A stretch of DNA of 64,000 nucleotides from Fidelibacterota bacterium (GTDB taxonomy: Bacteria > Fidelibacterota > Marinisomatia > Marinisomatales > TCS55): NCBI GenBank assembly GCA_045569055.1, contig JBJKZT010000013.1:16087-80086 (forward strand). Direction: 5' to 3'. Positions 9,077 through 19,654 of the stretch are shown one piece after another. The notes under the pieces were generated by a model. That model saw only the letters and a program-made list of their open reading frames with translations. It did not search any database and was not told where the DNA came from. The first letter of the stretch is position 1, and the number at the start of each line of letters is the position of its first letter. A program made the position numbers and the translations under genes.

Positions 9077-10343
9077 AAGTTCTATTATAATATTATTTTT
9101 ATTATTTACCTCCTTTCTTTTAGGGCAAGAAAAAACATATTCAATTAAAGCAGAAGCTTCTTTTGCAAATGGACTATTGGTAAGTGATGCAGAAGTTGTC
9201 CTTATGGATACAACAGAAAAAGTGATTCAAAAAACCAGAACTTCAAAAAAAATCTTTAAACGTTTTGGTGGTGGTAAGTTTACGTTACTAAATATCCCTT
9301 CAGGTGATTATATAATCAATGTAGATCTTGGTACTCGGGTTGGTATCACAAAAAAAGTCACCATAAAAGATAAAGATATAGATTTAGGCACTATCTATAA
9401 TGTTGTTGAATTTCCTAAATACACCATTAATGAGTATATAGATACGACTACAGTTCTAATGAAAAGAATATCAACGATTCCAACTCCTGAAGACACAATT
9501 AACATTCGATTTGTTATTGTTGACCTTGATGGATATGCTAAAACTGTTATAGTAGACTCAATGATTGTAGACTCAATATATTTTACTGATGTAGATAATT
9601 TAGAATCGAGGATGATTCAAAAAGATAAAACTTATTTTATTTATAATGATTACGGAGTTTTTATTTACCAGTCTAGGTCATTTAAAGATAGAATTAATGA
9701 AGTTCAAAAACGTGATGGATTTATAATTTTCCAAAATAATGATACACTTCAGTTTGATAATATTTATTTTGAAAATGAAATGAATAACCCACAAGTTGCC
9801 ACATTTCACTTAACTGATAGTACTATTAATACCAAATACCACTCAATTTTTGATATATATAAAGTAAAAACAGGGCCTTCTTATGTAGGCAATTCAGTAG
9901 AAAAAGGGTTTTGGAATGGTGTTTATACAATCGGAGCTATTGTTACATTTCAAATGATTACGACAAAATCATTCAAGCCTATAATTGAACTACTTCCTGA
10001 TATGACACCTCCTATTGACGGTAATTATGGGACAGCAATTACAATTATCCCGCTATTTACCTTAGGACGGATTGCATATGATTGGTATAAGGATAAGCGT
10101 TCAAACTACTTTATACCTATAAATGAAGGAACTCCATACTCTAAGTTTGTTTGGGAGGAATCTCAACCAAGAACAAAATCTCCTGCAAATATGTTTGTTT
10201 TTTCTTTTTCTGAATGGGCTTGGAAGAAATCACAACCAATCATAAAACCGATTATGAATAGCCCTCCTGTTAAATGGTGGCAGAAAAGAAAATTAAAAAA
10301 GATTCAAAAAGAAGCAGCTAAGCGGAGATCCGCTTCCGACTAA
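9069..10343 (+). CDS. Hypothetical membrane-associated protein with a carboxypeptidase-regulatory-like N-terminal domain
   Basis: The start is set at the internal ATG at 9069 (MNKSSIIILFLLFTSFLLGQ signal), which overlaps the stop of the MORN gene. The track's 8967 start lies inside that gene. Contains a CarboxypepD_reg-like beta-sandwich segment (FTLLNIPSGDYIINV), C-terminal hydrophobic helices and a basic tail. Confidence 0.5.
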   Translation: MNKSSIIILFLLFTSFLLGQEKTYSIKAEASFANGLLVSDAEVVLMDTTEKVIQKTRTSKKIFKRFGGGKFTLLNIPSGDYIINVDLGTRVGITKKVTIKDKDIDLGTIYNVVEFPKYTINEYIDTTTVLMKRISTIPTPEDTINIRFVIVDLDGYAKTVIVDSMIVDSIYFTDVDNLESRMIQKDKTYFIYNDYGVFIYQSRSFKDRINEVQKRDGFIIFQNNDTLQFDNIYFENEMNNPQVATFHLTDSTINTKYHSIFDIYKVKTGPSYVGNSVEKGFWNGVYTIGAIVTFQMITTKSFKPIIELLPDMTPPIDGNYGTAITIIPLFTLGRIAYDWYKDKRSNYFIPINEGTPYSKFVWEESQPRTKSPANMFVFSFSEWAWKKSQPIIKPIMNSPPVKWWQKRKLKKIQKEAAKRRSASD

Positions 10344-11154
10344 GGGCAGGAACTCCAAATAAACGAGTTATTTTATCTGCTAACTTCCAGGATATCTGTC
10401 CTAATGCTAATAAAGGTCTAATTGGACCTGAATTAACTATGATCTCACATGAACCTTTCCTTAATGCTTTTATAACGGCATTCGCTACTTTTTGAGGACT
10501 TGAAGTCCCAAGCAGCTTAGGTGCAGTAACTTTTCCATCATAAAACATACCTGCATCAGAAACAAAGCCCGGACAAATAACTGAAATATCAATTGGAGAG
10601 TCTTTGTATTCTTGACGTAAAGCATCTGACCACATTAATAACCCTGCTTTAGATGCTGAGTATACTGAATTATATGCAACACCTTTTTTCCCAGCTAAAG
10701 AGGAAATATTTATTATATGGCCTGATTTTTGATTGATCATTTTAGGTAGAAGACATCTTGATAATTCTATAGGTGATCTTAAGTTTGTTGAAATTATATC
10801 GGAGAGTACATTTTTAGTAAGGTGGTCAAAATGTTGATAATTTTCAATTCCTGCATTATTGATTAATATATCGATAGGTCCATATTCTTCACATATATTA
10901 TTTACAAGGGAATCAAGTTCATTTATTTGAGTTAAATCAAAAGAGACAACGTTGCATTTTTGTCCAGTTAATTGAACATCTAATTTTGTCTTTTCTAATC
11001 CTTTAAGGTCACGTGCAAGAGCAATAATATTAACTCCTTTTAAAGCTAAAGTTTTAGCAATGTATGGACCTAGTCCCCTTGAAGCTCCAGTAACAATGGC
11101 CGTTTTCCCGGCTAAATTCAATCTATAAGGATCCAGATAAATTTTGAATTGCAT
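10318..11154 (-). CDS. Short-chain dehydrogenase/reductase (SDR)
   Basis: Carries TGASRGLG (the TGxxxGxG cofactor motif), NNAG, and the catalytic YSASK. Confidence 0.85.
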   Translation of the reverse strand: MQFKIYLDPYRLNLAGKTAIVTGASRGLGPYIAKTLALKGVNIIALARDLKGLEKTKLDVQLTGQKCNVVSFDLTQINELDSLVNNICEEYGPIDILINNAGIENYQHFDHLTKNVLSDIISTNLRSPIELSRCLLPKMINQKSGHIINISSLAGKKGVAYNSVYSASKAGLLMWSDALRQEYKDSPIDISVICPGFVSDAGMFYDGKVTAPKLLGTSSPQKVANAVIKALRKGSCEIIVNSGPIRPLLALGQISWKLADKITRLFGVPALSRKRISA

Positions 11155-12391
11155 TAAGCAATTCTATAGGATCATTTGAATGAGGCGCGTTGTTTGGATC
11201 AAGAATATCCATCTCTGATGCTGCATTGACATATTGGCCAATATAATAATGTGCTTGAATCTTACTCATTCTTACATGTTTATAATTCACGGATTTTTTA
11301 TGAGTAAATTCATAATTTGGATATTCTGACAACACATTATTTGCAGCACTAATGATCAATGTTGCAGATGTCTTTTCAAGAGCCAAAACTCCACTAATTG
11401 ATAATCCAGCCAAGACATCATAATAAGTATTCATCGGTAATAAATTGTTATTTACACAATTAAAAAAGTTATTATAAGCAGCTAAGGCATAATCATTAGT
11501 ACCACGATTAAATAATAACGACCAACCCACTCCATGCATTGCTTTATCATAAATAGTATCATAAACACTACTAATTCTTGCTTGGTTCATAGCTTCAGCA
11601 AATGAATTTAAACTCTCACTATAATTGCCACTTTCAAATTGATTCCACCCTTTAGAAATATTAGATATAATTTCCACAGAAATATCCATAGTTCCTGTCA
11701 ATGGAATTTGTGAAGGACTATTAATAACTGAGCTATTATGAACAATTTTCAATGACTTTGAAGAAGTACTTACGGTTGGAGTATAACGAACCGTAATTGT
11801 TTCAGATTGACCTGGAGGAATAGTTAAGGTTGAAACATTACCTAATATTGTGAAATCACTGGAAGGAATTGAAAGTGCTAACTCGAGATCAAAGCCTGAT
11901 GATGCATTATTTAAAAAATTCACTTCTAAATCTTTTGAATCTCCAGGCTGGATAAGTCCAAACTCTAATTTTGTCTTATCATAAGTAAATGAAACTGGAG
12001 CAACACCCTCACCCCTAACATACATCTCAAAGAAATCATCATTATCATTAGTTACAGTTAATCTAGCACTATATTCTTGAGCTGCAGTAGGTAGAAATGT
12101 TACATAAATTTCTTTTGATTCATTTTTTTGAAGAGTTAAAACACCACTAAAGTCCATTTTGAAGGCTGGTGAATCCATTAGTTTAATTTGACCAACGAAA
12201 GCTTCTGAGGAATTATCAGTATTTTTTATTTTAATTCGCTGAGAGAGTCTTTTATTAATTTCAATTTTGCCAAACTCATATTCTACTGGATCAAAAATTA
12301 TTTCAAAGCTTGGCCCTTTTTTATCTTCACAGGCTATAAAAAAAATAAGTACGCTAATACCAATATATAGATATTTACGGAACATCATCAT
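11123..12391 (-). CDS. Hypothetical lipoprotein (Ig-like beta domains plus a helical C-terminal half)
   Basis: 422 aa with lipobox VLIFFIAC. Its start overlaps the stop of the upstream T9SS metalloprotease (ATGA at 12388-12391). Confidence 0.45.
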   Translation of the reverse strand: MMMFRKYLYIGISVLIFFIACEDKKGPSFEIIFDPVEYEFGKIEINKRLSQRIKIKNTDNSSEAFVGQIKLMDSPAFKMDFSGVLTLQKNESKEIYVTFLPTAAQEYSARLTVTNDNDDFFEMYVRGEGVAPVSFTYDKTKLEFGLIQPGDSKDLEVNFLNNASSGFDLELALSIPSSDFTILGNVSTLTIPPGQSETITVRYTPTVSTSSKSLKIVHNSSVINSPSQIPLTGTMDISVEIISNISKGWNQFESGNYSESLNSFAEAMNQARISSVYDTIYDKAMHGVGWSLLFNRGTNDYALAAYNNFFNCVNNNLLPMNTYYDVLAGLSISGVLALEKTSATLIISAANNVLSEYPNYEFTHKKSVNYKHVRMSKIQAHYYIGQYVNAASEMDILDPNNAPHSNDPIELLNAIQNLSGSL

Positions 12392-15375
12392 CGAGAAATT
12401 ATCATTTTCTTAGTTTGAGAAAATTGTTCTGTACTTAATTGATAAAAGTAAATACCACTTCCTAGGTGATTACCATAAGCATCTTTACCATTCCATGTAA
12501 TATTAAATCTACCTGCAGAATGGTCACCATCTATTAATCTTACTAATTTTCTACCAAGAATATCATATATAGTTAATGTTACATAACTATCTTTAGGTAG
12601 GTCATAATGAATGCGAGTTTCTGGATTAAAAGGGTTTGGATAATTTTGAGATAAAGCAAAATCCATTGGAATAGATAAATCTTCAGTTATTGACAATGGC
12701 ATTCCACTTCCTCTTGGAATTAAAGTATAATGACCAAGATGAGTACCATCTCCAACTATAGATAAACCATCTTCAGATAAATAAGAGGGTAGTTCACGCC
12801 AAAGTTCACCATCCCAATAGCCAATAGAAACATTATAAAAATCTATATTATTTAATAGAAATTCTATTTTCAAACCCTTAGACAATTCCTTACCTACGGG
12901 ACTTACGGTATAGATAGAACCAAATTTAGAATCTTTTGCTAAATACATCTGCTCAGCCGTTTGGCCAAAAGCACCCTTCCCAATTATCAAGTACAGATTT
13001 TCTTCTAAACTATTCTCTGGGATAGAAATACTATATGCACCGTCTCTTGAAGTGATCTCACCACCTTTGCTAGAAAGTGTGTAATTAACATTATAATTGA
13101 AGGTAGTATCAAAAATAGCTGCACTATATAAATAACTACCTGATACGCTAATATCTAAAGGTCCAGAAGCATTTAGTCTATAATTTGATATTAAGATAGA
13201 ATCATTAGAAGCTAATGCAGAGCTCGAGACAACTTGTCTATTACCAGCATTATTTATTATTACAGTTGTATTTTCAGTGTCAACTATAGAATTACCAATT
13301 ATATAGATTTTTAATTCATCTGTAAAAATACTATGTTGCATAAAACCAGCATGAAGCTTTGGTATTGTGGAATTCTTAAGAAGCCATGTGGTCCTAAACA
13401 TAAAATTCCATCCGTCTAATGATGTACCACCAACATTGAAATTAGCCATAGTTGCAATTTTACCACTACCATTATAGTTATATGCATAGGTGTGGTTTTC
13501 ACCTGTTCCGTTATTATTCAGGCCAAAATAAGTACCAATTGTATCATCATCAACAATACCAACAACAATTTCACCAAGATTAGTTAAATCATCTTTGTAG
13601 TTATTTAAATCTATATTTATATCTCCTATACCACTCACACCATTTTCTTTACCATCAAATCGAATTGGAGGAAGAAGATCGATAACACTACCATTGTCAT
13701 CTGTTTTTTTCCATATGTGAATATCAAAATCTTTATCAGCAGTTTGAGGTACTGTTGAGCCTCCAAAGTCTTGAGCAAAACCTAAATTAGCACTAAAACC
13801 AATTAACTGATTTTCTCCTACAATTGGATCAAAATCAACACCCCAACCTTGGCCAGCACTATTATTACCAGAACCAAGATAGCCAAAAGAACCTCCACTG
13901 TACTCGAAAGCATCTACTTCACCATCATCATAGGTCAATAGCTTTGAAGCCGTCCATCCACCTGTATTTTTTCCATTTGAAACATATTTATAATTTATAT
14001 CACTCGTAAAATAATCGTCATTATTTGCAACAATAAATACTACGCTATTTGTGATTGAAGTATCATTGTAAACTAAATACTCTTCATTATCTGAAAGGTC
14101 ATTGATAGTAATATCAGAATCTGTGAATTCAATCGATTTATATAGAGGTGTTAAACCACCAGAAGAAGTAAAAGTTATCGGCAATGAATCTGCACTTGAA
14201 GAATAATAAATATAATTTACATCGCGTTCTTTAACTGTCTTTAATTCTGACTCAACTTGACCAGTAACGTGCCAAGCAGATGGCTTTGCATTACCAACTT
14301 CATAATCGTATCCATATGCAGGGTTAATCGATTTATCATTTAAATAATTTGCAATGAACCAGTTCATAAACCAATCTTTTGTCGTTAAACCGGTATTATA
14401 ATGAGCTAAAAGTTGCTGAAAACCTTGCCAACCAGATTGATTTATATTTAAAAAGACTTTAATTGATTCATCTCCAAGTTGTTCAACATAATAAAGAGTA
14501 AAAAGTGCACCCATATCATAATCTACACCATCACCATTCCATTCCCATCCTATCTCGCCTGTTCGACTTAGATATCGACTAAAAGAGACTCCATATTGAC
14601 CATAGCCACAAATAATTATAGCCATTTCACTTAAACCTTCATTGATTTTTAAATCCTTACGTGTATATGAAGCGTGAACTAAGTGTTGTAACTCATGCGC
14701 AATAACAGAGAAGGTATAATTTTGGGACATATTTATATCTATGTATAACATGTCTCGTTCATTACTCCCTAAACCATCTGTTTGATCATTAGGACTAAAG
14801 TAACCTCCTACACCAGAAGGAAGATCCGCAAATAAGTAATCAACAATTCCATCCCCATCTTTGTTAGGCGGCGAACCAAAATATTCTAAAAGTAAATCAT
14901 AAATACCTTTGGTAGAATCACGTGAAGCCCCAGGTGTATTCTCTTCCAAAGCTTTTAAATATATTTGAGCATCAGAAAGAGTTATTGCAGTTCCAATCTC
15001 ACTTGTATCAGCCCAAATTGCATTATGTTGGCCTTTAGCTAGTAATTCAGCTGTAAGCTCAACTTCATTACTACCACCATTTCCATCATCAATATTTACA
15101 AAAAATGTTTGCAAGTCACCTACAGTTGCTGACTTATATAAAGGACGAGGAATAGACATTCTTTGATAAAGAGCAGGGTTTTCTGATCTAATTCTATCCA
15201 ACCTATCTATATAATATTGATCATTGAAATCAGATGTTAGACATAATGGTCGAGAATGATGTTCATCATGTTTATCAATTAAACCTGAAGAAATAACTGC
15301 ACGGGTGTACTGTGCAGAAGTGATGCACAAAGATGATAAAATTAAAATTTTAAAGATTAGTCTATTCAAAATCAT
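12388..15375 (-). CDS. Secreted gluzincin-type metalloprotease-like protein with a T9SS C-terminal sorting domain
   Basis: 995 aa with a signal peptide. Contains VIAHELQHLVHASYTRKDLKINEGLSE, which is HExxH followed by an NE..SE third-ligand-like motif at thermolysin/M1-like spacing. The C-terminus is QNYPNPFNPETRIHYDLPKDSYVTLTIYDILGRK. Confidence 0.65.
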   Translation of the reverse strand: MILNRLIFKILILSSLCITSAQYTRAVISSGLIDKHDEHHSRPLCLTSDFNDQYYIDRLDRIRSENPALYQRMSIPRPLYKSATVGDLQTFFVNIDDGNGGSNEVELTAELLAKGQHNAIWADTSEIGTAITLSDAQIYLKALEENTPGASRDSTKGIYDLLLEYFGSPPNKDGDGIVDYLFADLPSGVGGYFSPNDQTDGLGSNERDMLYIDINMSQNYTFSVIAHELQHLVHASYTRKDLKINEGLSEMAIIICGYGQYGVSFSRYLSRTGEIGWEWNGDGVDYDMGALFTLYYVEQLGDESIKVFLNINQSGWQGFQQLLAHYNTGLTTKDWFMNWFIANYLNDKSINPAYGYDYEVGNAKPSAWHVTGQVESELKTVKERDVNYIYYSSSADSLPITFTSSGGLTPLYKSIEFTDSDITINDLSDNEEYLVYNDTSITNSVVFIVANNDDYFTSDINYKYVSNGKNTGGWTASKLLTYDDGEVDAFEYSGGSFGYLGSGNNSAGQGWGVDFDPIVGENQLIGFSANLGFAQDFGGSTVPQTADKDFDIHIWKKTDDNGSVIDLLPPIRFDGKENGVSGIGDINIDLNNYKDDLTNLGEIVVGIVDDDTIGTYFGLNNNGTGENHTYAYNYNGSGKIATMANFNVGGTSLDGWNFMFRTTWLLKNSTIPKLHAGFMQHSIFTDELKIYIIGNSIVDTENTTVIINNAGNRQVVSSSALASNDSILISNYRLNASGPLDISVSGSYLYSAAIFDTTFNYNVNYTLSSKGGEITSRDGAYSISIPENSLEENLYLIIGKGAFGQTAEQMYLAKDSKFGSIYTVSPVGKELSKGLKIEFLLNNIDFYNVSIGYWDGELWRELPSYLSEDGLSIVGDGTHLGHYTLIPRGSGMPLSITEDLSIPMDFALSQNYPNPFNPETRIHYDLPKDSYVTLTIYDILGRKLVRLIDGDHSAGRFNITWNGKDAYGNHLGSGIYFYQLSTEQFSQTKKMIISR

Positions 15376-15436
15376 TCCAAGGTGATTTACTAAATTATGA
15401 ATTTAAAACTTGAGATAATACACTTATTACCTTGGG

Positions 15437-16810
15437 TTACCTTGGAAGTCTTTTATCCATATCTGCAACAACATAAGCCATCACCGCCATTGTTGCAACA
15501 CAACGATTGAACTCATCTTTGTCTACTTTGTCAAAAGTATCAGCCGTAGTATGATGGTACCAAAAATACCTTGAGCCATCAACTTTAAGACCCATTCCAG
15601 GAACCCCTTCTTTCATGATTGGACCAATATCAGCACCACCACCACCTTTTGTAATTATACCTGAATCAATTCGATATAATAATGATCCAATATCCTGTAA
15701 TATTTTTAATGATTCATCAGGGCCTGAAAAGCCAAAACCTGACGGTTTAAATACACCTGCATCAGATTCCATCGCAAGAATATGATCATCTAATTCATCC
15801 ATATGAGCATCTCTATAAGCATTGCCACCACGTAATCCATTCTCTTCATTTGTCCACATAACTGCACGAATAGTTCGCTTTGGCTTTAAACCAAGCTCCT
15901 TGATAATTTTTACAGCTTCCCAAGCAGCTACACAGCCACCCCCATCATCATGTGCACCTTGGCCTGCATCCCAAGAATCAATATGACCTCCCAATACAAT
16001 TACTTCATCAGGAAATTCGGATCCTATGATCTCACCCATAACATTTTGTGAAGGTACATCTCCAAAAGACCGTCCTTCCATATAAAGCGATACTTTAATT
16101 TTTAACCCTCGATCTGCCATGCGTCCCATCATTGCAGCATCTTCTAATGTTAAGGCAGCATGAGGAATCTTTTTTACATCATCCTCATAAGCACTTGTTC
16201 CTGTGTGAGGAGTATTCATAGAATAAGGCCCTACTGAGCGTATAAGGCTTGCTATTCCTCCAACTTTAGCTGCCTCAGATGCACCTCTGTATCTGTACTG
16301 AACTGTCTCACCGTATGTTGTAAATGGTACATTGTATAATATGATTTTTCCTTTGGCTTCACTTGCTCTTGATTTAAGGTCATCAAAACTATTAACTACA
16401 AACACTTCTCCCTTTAATCCCTTAGGTCCAGTTCCAATACTGCCACCCAAGCCTAGTATGACAAGATCTTTTTCCCAAGGTGCAGTCATAGTGGCAGATT
16501 CTTTTCCACGTACCCATTTGGGAACCATTACTTCTTCACCGTGAACATTATCTAAACCATCCTTCTTCATTTCATCTAAGATCCACTCTAAAGTTTTTTC
16601 CAGGTTAGTTGATCCAGAGAGCCTAGGACCAAATGTATCTAACATCTCTCCTAATCGGTCATACCCTTTTGAATCATTCATCGCTTTTTCAATAATTAAA
16701 TTGCTATTTTTTTCAAATTTCTTTGCAATTTCACCGAGTTGATTTTTGTTACCATTATTACTAGAAAAACCAACAGACAATAATGTAAATATTAAAATAA
16801 TTTTATTCAT
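15437..16810 (-). CDS. M28-family metallopeptidase (carboxypeptidase Q-like)
   Basis: Carries GGHIDSWDAGQGAHDDGGG and MWTNEENGLRG metal-ligand motifs. I prefer the ATG at 16810 (MNKIILIFTLLSVGFS signal) to the track start at 16903. Confidence 0.8.
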   Translation of the reverse strand: MNKIILIFTLLSVGFSSNNGNKNQLGEIAKKFEKNSNLIIEKAMNDSKGYDRLGEMLDTFGPRLSGSTNLEKTLEWILDEMKKDGLDNVHGEEVMVPKWVRGKESATMTAPWEKDLVILGLGGSIGTGPKGLKGEVFVVNSFDDLKSRASEAKGKIILYNVPFTTYGETVQYRYRGASEAAKVGGIASLIRSVGPYSMNTPHTGTSAYEDDVKKIPHAALTLEDAAMMGRMADRGLKIKVSLYMEGRSFGDVPSQNVMGEIIGSEFPDEVIVLGGHIDSWDAGQGAHDDGGGCVAAWEAVKIIKELGLKPKRTIRAVMWTNEENGLRGGNAYRDAHMDELDDHILAMESDAGVFKPSGFGFSGPDESLKILQDIGSLLYRIDSGIITKGGGGADIGPIMKEGVPGMGLKVDGSRYFWYHHTTADTFDKVDKDEFNRCVATMAVMAYVVADMDKRLPR

Positions 16811-16935
16811 TTTATTCAATTGAACCTCTTTGACTAATGATTGAAAATAAAAAATAATTCCATTCACATGGATAAAAAATAAAAAAATTGATTTTTTTAG
16901 CATTTAAATTCTATTAGCTAATAAGTGAGCCTAAC

Positions 16936-18450
16936 ATGAATAAAAAGATTTTATATGGAATTATAATTCCTCAAATAATTTTTACACAATCATTGGATAT
17001 GAATGAAATTATTTCTTTATCACGTAGTAAAGCCCAATCTGCATTTAAAGAGTATAGAGAATTTCTTTCATTGCCTAATGATGCAAATAAACAAGATGAA
17101 CTCATACCAAATATGATTTGGTGTGAAAAGGCTTTTCAAAAAAGAGGATTTACAACAGAACGATTAAAAACAAAACGTCTCCCTCTTATTTTAGCAGAAA
17201 AAAAATATTCAGGAGCAAAAAATACTGTTCTATTTTATATACAAATTGATGGTCAGCCAGTAGACCCATCTAAATGGTTTCAAGAAGGACCTTTTATACC
17301 CACATTAAAGAAACAAGTTAATAACGATAATTGGGAGACTATCCCCTGGGAATCCTTATATAAAGATTATGATGATGATTGGAGAATATTTGCACGATCA
17401 GCATCAGATGCTAAGGGACCAATAAATAGTTTCTTAATTGCCTTAGATATAATTGAAGAAAAAAGAATTAAGCCAGATTATAATATCAAGGTAATTATGG
17501 ATATGGAGGAAGAAATGGGCTCTCCAAATCTTCCGCCAGCCGTTAAAAAGTTTCGAAAAAAATTAAAAGCTGATCGATTAGTTATACTTGATGGCCCTCG
17601 ACATCCATCTAATGAGCCAACATTAACGTTTGGTGCAAGAGGTATTGTAACAGTTCAGTTAAAAGTTCACGGTCCAAAATTTCCACAACATAGTGGTCAT
17701 TACGGTAATTACGTACCCAATCCTGCCATTAGACTTAGTCAATTAATCGCATCAATGAAAGACGATGATGGAAGAGTCACAATACCAGGATATTATGATG
17801 GAATTACTATATCTGAAGAAGCACGGGCAATTATGTCTGCTGTACCTGATGATGAAAAATTTATTAAAAAATCTATTGGAATTTCAGAGTCAGATAAGGT
17901 CGCTAGTAACTATCAAGAATCAATACAATATCCGTCATTAAATGTTCGAGGTATGCAATCTGGATGGGTTGAAAAAGAAGTTAGAACTATAATCCCATCT
18001 TACGCGCTTGCAGAAATAGATGTTAGAGTAGTGAAAGAAACTGACCCAGATAGATTAATCAAATTAATTAAAAATCATATCAAATCTCAGGGTTATTATC
18101 TTATTGATCGCGATCCTAAAGAGAATGAAAGATCCAAATACAATAAAATTGCTTCATTTAATTATCGAATAGGCTACCAAGCTTTTAGAACACCTGTGAA
18201 TTCGGAAATAGCATATTGGCTTAGAGCAGCACTTGTAAATGGATTTGGGAAAGAACCAATCATTAAGAGAACATCTGGAGGATCGATACCGATTTCTCCT
18301 TTTGTAAATACTTTAAATATACCAGCGGTTACAGTTCCAACAGTAAACCCTGATAATAATCAACATAGCCCAAATGAGAACCTAAGAGTTGGAAATCTAA
18401 TTGAGTCAATTAGGACACACGTAGCATTATTGGTACAACCTTATAAATAA
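16936..18450 (+). CDS. M20-family dipeptidase/metallohydrolase
   Basis: 504 aa with ARSASDAKGP, MDMEEEMGSP and a C-terminal HSPNE. This is the M20 catalytic-plus-dimerisation layout. Confidence 0.7.
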   Translation: MNKKILYGIIIPQIIFTQSLDMNEIISLSRSKAQSAFKEYREFLSLPNDANKQDELIPNMIWCEKAFQKRGFTTERLKTKRLPLILAEKKYSGAKNTVLFYIQIDGQPVDPSKWFQEGPFIPTLKKQVNNDNWETIPWESLYKDYDDDWRIFARSASDAKGPINSFLIALDIIEEKRIKPDYNIKVIMDMEEEMGSPNLPPAVKKFRKKLKADRLVILDGPRHPSNEPTLTFGARGIVTVQLKVHGPKFPQHSGHYGNYVPNPAIRLSQLIASMKDDDGRVTIPGYYDGITISEEARAIMSAVPDDEKFIKKSIGISESDKVASNYQESIQYPSLNVRGMQSGWVEKEVRTIIPSYALAEIDVRVVKETDPDRLIKLIKNHIKSQGYYLIDRDPKENERSKYNKIASFNYRIGYQAFRTPVNSEIAYWLRAALVNGFGKEPIIKRTSGGSIPISPFVNTLNIPAVTVPTVNPDNNQHSPNENLRVGNLIESIRTHVALLVQPYK

Positions 18451-18482
18451 TAATTATTTTTTTATACATTTGAGAATTGATC

Positions 18483-19640
18483 CTAATATAAACGATCAGA
18501 TTCAGACATCATATAAACAGCAAAAGTTGCAAGCCAATGCTCTCCTCCATACCCACTATCAAACATAATGTCATATCCTGCTCTTGCATGAATTGCAGCA
18601 AGGCGAGTAAATACATCTCCACGTTCATCGGAAGATGGTAAAACGGAAGCCAATTGATTCATGGTCCATGCTCTATGAAACATAAGACCAATGAGATGAC
18701 CAATTCCTGGATCTTTGGGGTCTAATACTAATGGTGGTGAGAGTAAAGGACTAAACTTATCATCTGTTAATGGTGGCAAAAAAGTCCTTAGCCAAATTGA
18801 AAATCGATCTTTTTCCATCGTTTTGCTCATGGATTCTGCTTCTGCAAGACAAGGTGAAAGGAAATCTGTGCCAGAAGGTTCATACCTTGTAGGGCAATCT
18901 TTATCACCAGAAAAATACTTATTACTAAACTTCTTAATACTGTTCAACAAATCCTTATCATTAGTTTCCATAGCATAATCATGCATTAAGGAAAAAGAGA
19001 ATGCAGTATTCACATGTGTTCCCGGTCTAAGGGGTGAAGTTAAAACCTGAAGATAGTCAATTGTTTTTTGTGAAAGTAAATTGACTAAAGGAAGCATATT
19101 TTCTGCCCAAATTTGTCCCTCTGGATCATCCCAGGTTGCTAATTCACTATATAGTTTCATTAGCCAAGCCCAACCATAGGTTCTTTCAAACGTTTTGGCA
19201 AAATCATTATCATTAAAAAAACGATATTCAGCTTCTAAGCGTTCCTTACTAAGATTTTTACGTAGTTTTAATCGAATATCATCCTTTACTGAAATATTGG
19301 GAAATAATTTCAAAATTTTTATCATTGTCCAATGCCCATGGACTGCTGAATGCCAATCCCAACATCCATAAAAAGATGGCGTTACTTCATAATGCGGTTT
19401 GATCCATTCAGGGCTATTAAAACGATAACCAATCTTATATGGAAATTTCTTATCAACACATTTTAAGGAAAGATTTACCAATTCCACTGCACGTGCCTCA
19501 TCAAGTATTGGCGCAGAAACATCTGGCAAAGATTTTAATAATGATGAATTGCTACGTTTATTTGGAGAACAACTTGCAATAAAAAAAATAATAAAGAATG
19601 ATGATAATTTTATTATATAGTGCATTTTTTTAAAATTCAT
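18483..19640 (-). CDS. DUF2891-like lipoprotein
   Basis: 385 aa with lipobox FFIASC. The segment SFYGCWDWHSAVHGHWTMIKIL resembles the DUF2891 signature as I recall it. Confidence 0.45.
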   Translation of the reverse strand: MNFKKMHYIIKLSSFFIIFFIASCSPNKRSNSSLLKSLPDVSAPILDEARAVELVNLSLKCVDKKFPYKIGYRFNSPEWIKPHYEVTPSFYGCWDWHSAVHGHWTMIKILKLFPNISVKDDIRLKLRKNLSKERLEAEYRFFNDNDFAKTFERTYGWAWLMKLYSELATWDDPEGQIWAENMLPLVNLLSQKTIDYLQVLTSPLRPGTHVNTAFSFSLMHDYAMETNDKDLLNSIKKFSNKYFSGDKDCPTRYEPSGTDFLSPCLAEAESMSKTMEKDRFSIWLRTFLPPLTDDKFSPLLSPPLVLDPKDPGIGHLIGLMFHRAWTMNQLASVLPSSDERGDVFTRLAAIHARAGYDIMFDSGYGGEHWLATFAVYMMSESDRLY

Positions 19641-19654
19641 TTCTACTAAAATAA

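Noticed and set aside
16811-16903. N-terminal extension of the M28 peptidase ORF
   Set aside because: A clean signal peptide (MNKIILIFTLLSVGFS) starts at ATG 16810. The upstream 31 codons look like AT-rich read-through.
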